A stretch of 24,490 bases of DNA from an uncultured virus (IMG/VR IMGVR_UViG_2912375805_000003) (lineage: Duplodnaviria > Heunggongvirae > Uroviricota > Caudoviricetes), in IMG/VR virus record IMGVR_UViG_2912375805_000003. One strand, 5' to 3'. Positions 23,351-24,490 of this stretch are shown piece after piece. The translations under genes and the position numbers were made by a program. The notes below the pieces were generated by a model. That model saw only the letters and a list, made by a program, of their open reading frames with translations, had not been told where the DNA came from and ran no database searches. Numbering within the stretch: the stretch's first letter is position 1; every line of letters starts with the position of its first letter.

Positions 23351-24490
23351 ATGGCAAGATTAGTCAAACGTGGAAATAGTTGGCAATACGAAATTTCATA
23401 CAAAAAAGATGACGGAAAATACACGAAGATAAGAAAATCAGGATTTAAGACAAAAGGAGAAGCAAAAGATGCCGCCAACGAATTAGAATATAACTTGAAC
23501 AAAGGCCTTAAAGGGGATCGCAAAAATCTATTATTATCAGATTACTTTGAGGATTGGATGCAACTTTATAAAGAAGGAACAGTATCTCCTATCACTTATA
23601 GAAAATACGAAGATACGTTAATGAACATAAAGAAATATATGCCAGCGGTATTGATTTCTGATTTAGATAGAGTGGGATATCAACGCTTTTTAAATAAGTA
23701 TGCTAAAGACCATGTAAAATCTACCGTTATTAAGTTTAATAACCATATTAGAGCGTCGTTGAAAGATGCCGTAGAAGAAGGATTAATTCCGTTTGATCCA
23801 ACTAGAAAAGCAGTAATCAAAGGAAAAGATTCATTGAAGCCAAAAGAAGATAAATATTTAGATTATGATCAATTTAAATCTTTAATGAAACTCGTAGAAG
23901 AAAACCTTTCTGCGCAGTACTCTTCTCCTATGCTCGTGTTAGTTGCTGGTGCCACTGGAATGCGATTTGCTGAACTTCTAGGATTAACATGGGAAGATAT
24001 CGATTTCGAAGATCAAATCATCACTATTAATAAAACATGGAATTATAAATTAAATGAATGGGGAAAAACAAAAAACGAAACTTCAAATAGGAAAATTTCC
24101 ATTGATAAACATACGATTGATCTCTTAAAAAAGTTTAAAATCAATCAAAAAGAATTATTCGAGAATTTTGAAATCAAAAACCCTCATAATTTTGTTTTTT
24201 TCAACTTAAAAAATGGATTAGTTTCATCAAACGCCGTCAGCAAATATTTGCGCAAAAAATTAAAAGAATTAGGGATTGAAAAGCAATTTACTTTGCATGG
24301 ACTAAGGCATACACATGCATCTATTTTACTTTATCAAGGAGTAAATATACTTAGCGTATCGAAACGTTTAGGACATAGCAGTTTAGAAACTACAATGTCT
24401 ACTTATCTTCATATTGTTCGAGAGCTTGAAGATCAGGATAAAGAAAAAATCAATACTGTGTTCGATAGTTTATATAAAAATGATAACTAG
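23351..24490 (+). CDS. int: Tyrosine recombinase (phage integrase)
   Basis: Arm-binding KSGFKTKGEA, TGMRFAELLGLTW (R), HGLRHTHAS (HxxR) and RLGHSSLETTMSTYLH (H, Y). Confidence 0.97.
   Translation: MARLVKRGNSWQYEISYKKDDGKYTKIRKSGFKTKGEAKDAANELEYNLNKGLKGDRKNLLLSDYFEDWMQLYKEGTVSPITYRKYEDTLMNIKKYMPAVLISDLDRVGYQRFLNKYAKDHVKSTVIKFNNHIRASLKDAVEEGLIPFDPTRKAVIKGKDSLKPKEDKYLDYDQFKSLMKLVEENLSAQYSSPMLVLVAGATGMRFAELLGLTWEDIDFEDQIITINKTWNYKLNEWGKTKNETSNRKISIDKHTIDLLKKFKINQKELFENFEIKNPHNFVFFNLKNGLVSSNAVSKYLRKKLKELGIEKQFTLHGLRHTHASILLYQGVNILSVSKRLGHSSLETTMSTYLHIVRELEDQDKEKINTVFDSLYKNDN

Larger units (their letters stand above)
1..24490. mobile_element. Temperate siphovirus prophage (integrase to head-tail genes; tail and lysis modules outside the window)
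   Basis: Canonical module order: integrase, lysogeny, early/replication, ArpU, HNH, TerS/TerL, portal, ClpP, capsid, head-tail. Lytic genes are on the minus strand and lysogenic genes on the plus strand. Confidence 0.97.

Noticed and set aside
21590..23523. Minus-strand ORFs 21590-21850, 21974-22249 and 23326-23523
   Set aside because: Antisense shadows of the moron and integrase genes.
24400..24490. Attachment site (attL/attR)
   Set aside because: The window ends at the integrase stop; no host junction or core repeat is visible.

Overview
The whole window is part of a temperate, cos-type siphovirus prophage of a low-GC Firmicute; the gene families suggest Enterococcus, which is an inference. 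Right to left it contains a tyrosine integrase, a lysogeny and moron block (ImmA-type protease, CI-like repressor, membrane proteins, an Abi-alpha-like ORF), a face-to-face promoter switch, antirepressors and Cro, Sak-like recombination and replication genes, and an ArpU late activator. It continues through an RNA- and peptide-rich late leader, an HNH/cos/terminase packaging block, portal, ClpP protease, major capsid, and head-tail genes. The most notable element is a GT-A glycosyltransferase with motifs like the peptide O-glycosyltransferases (GT95/GT96). It sits directly behind, and in frame with, a major capsid gene ending in a T6-K-P-T7 tail, suggesting a capsid O-glycosylation system. Also notable are two non-canonical tRNA-like RNAs, a stand-alone Cas2/VapD-like moron, unannotated membrane peptides and several short antisense transcription units. 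Two N-joined repeats, both offset by 735 bp, indicate the assembly mixes two prophage variants.
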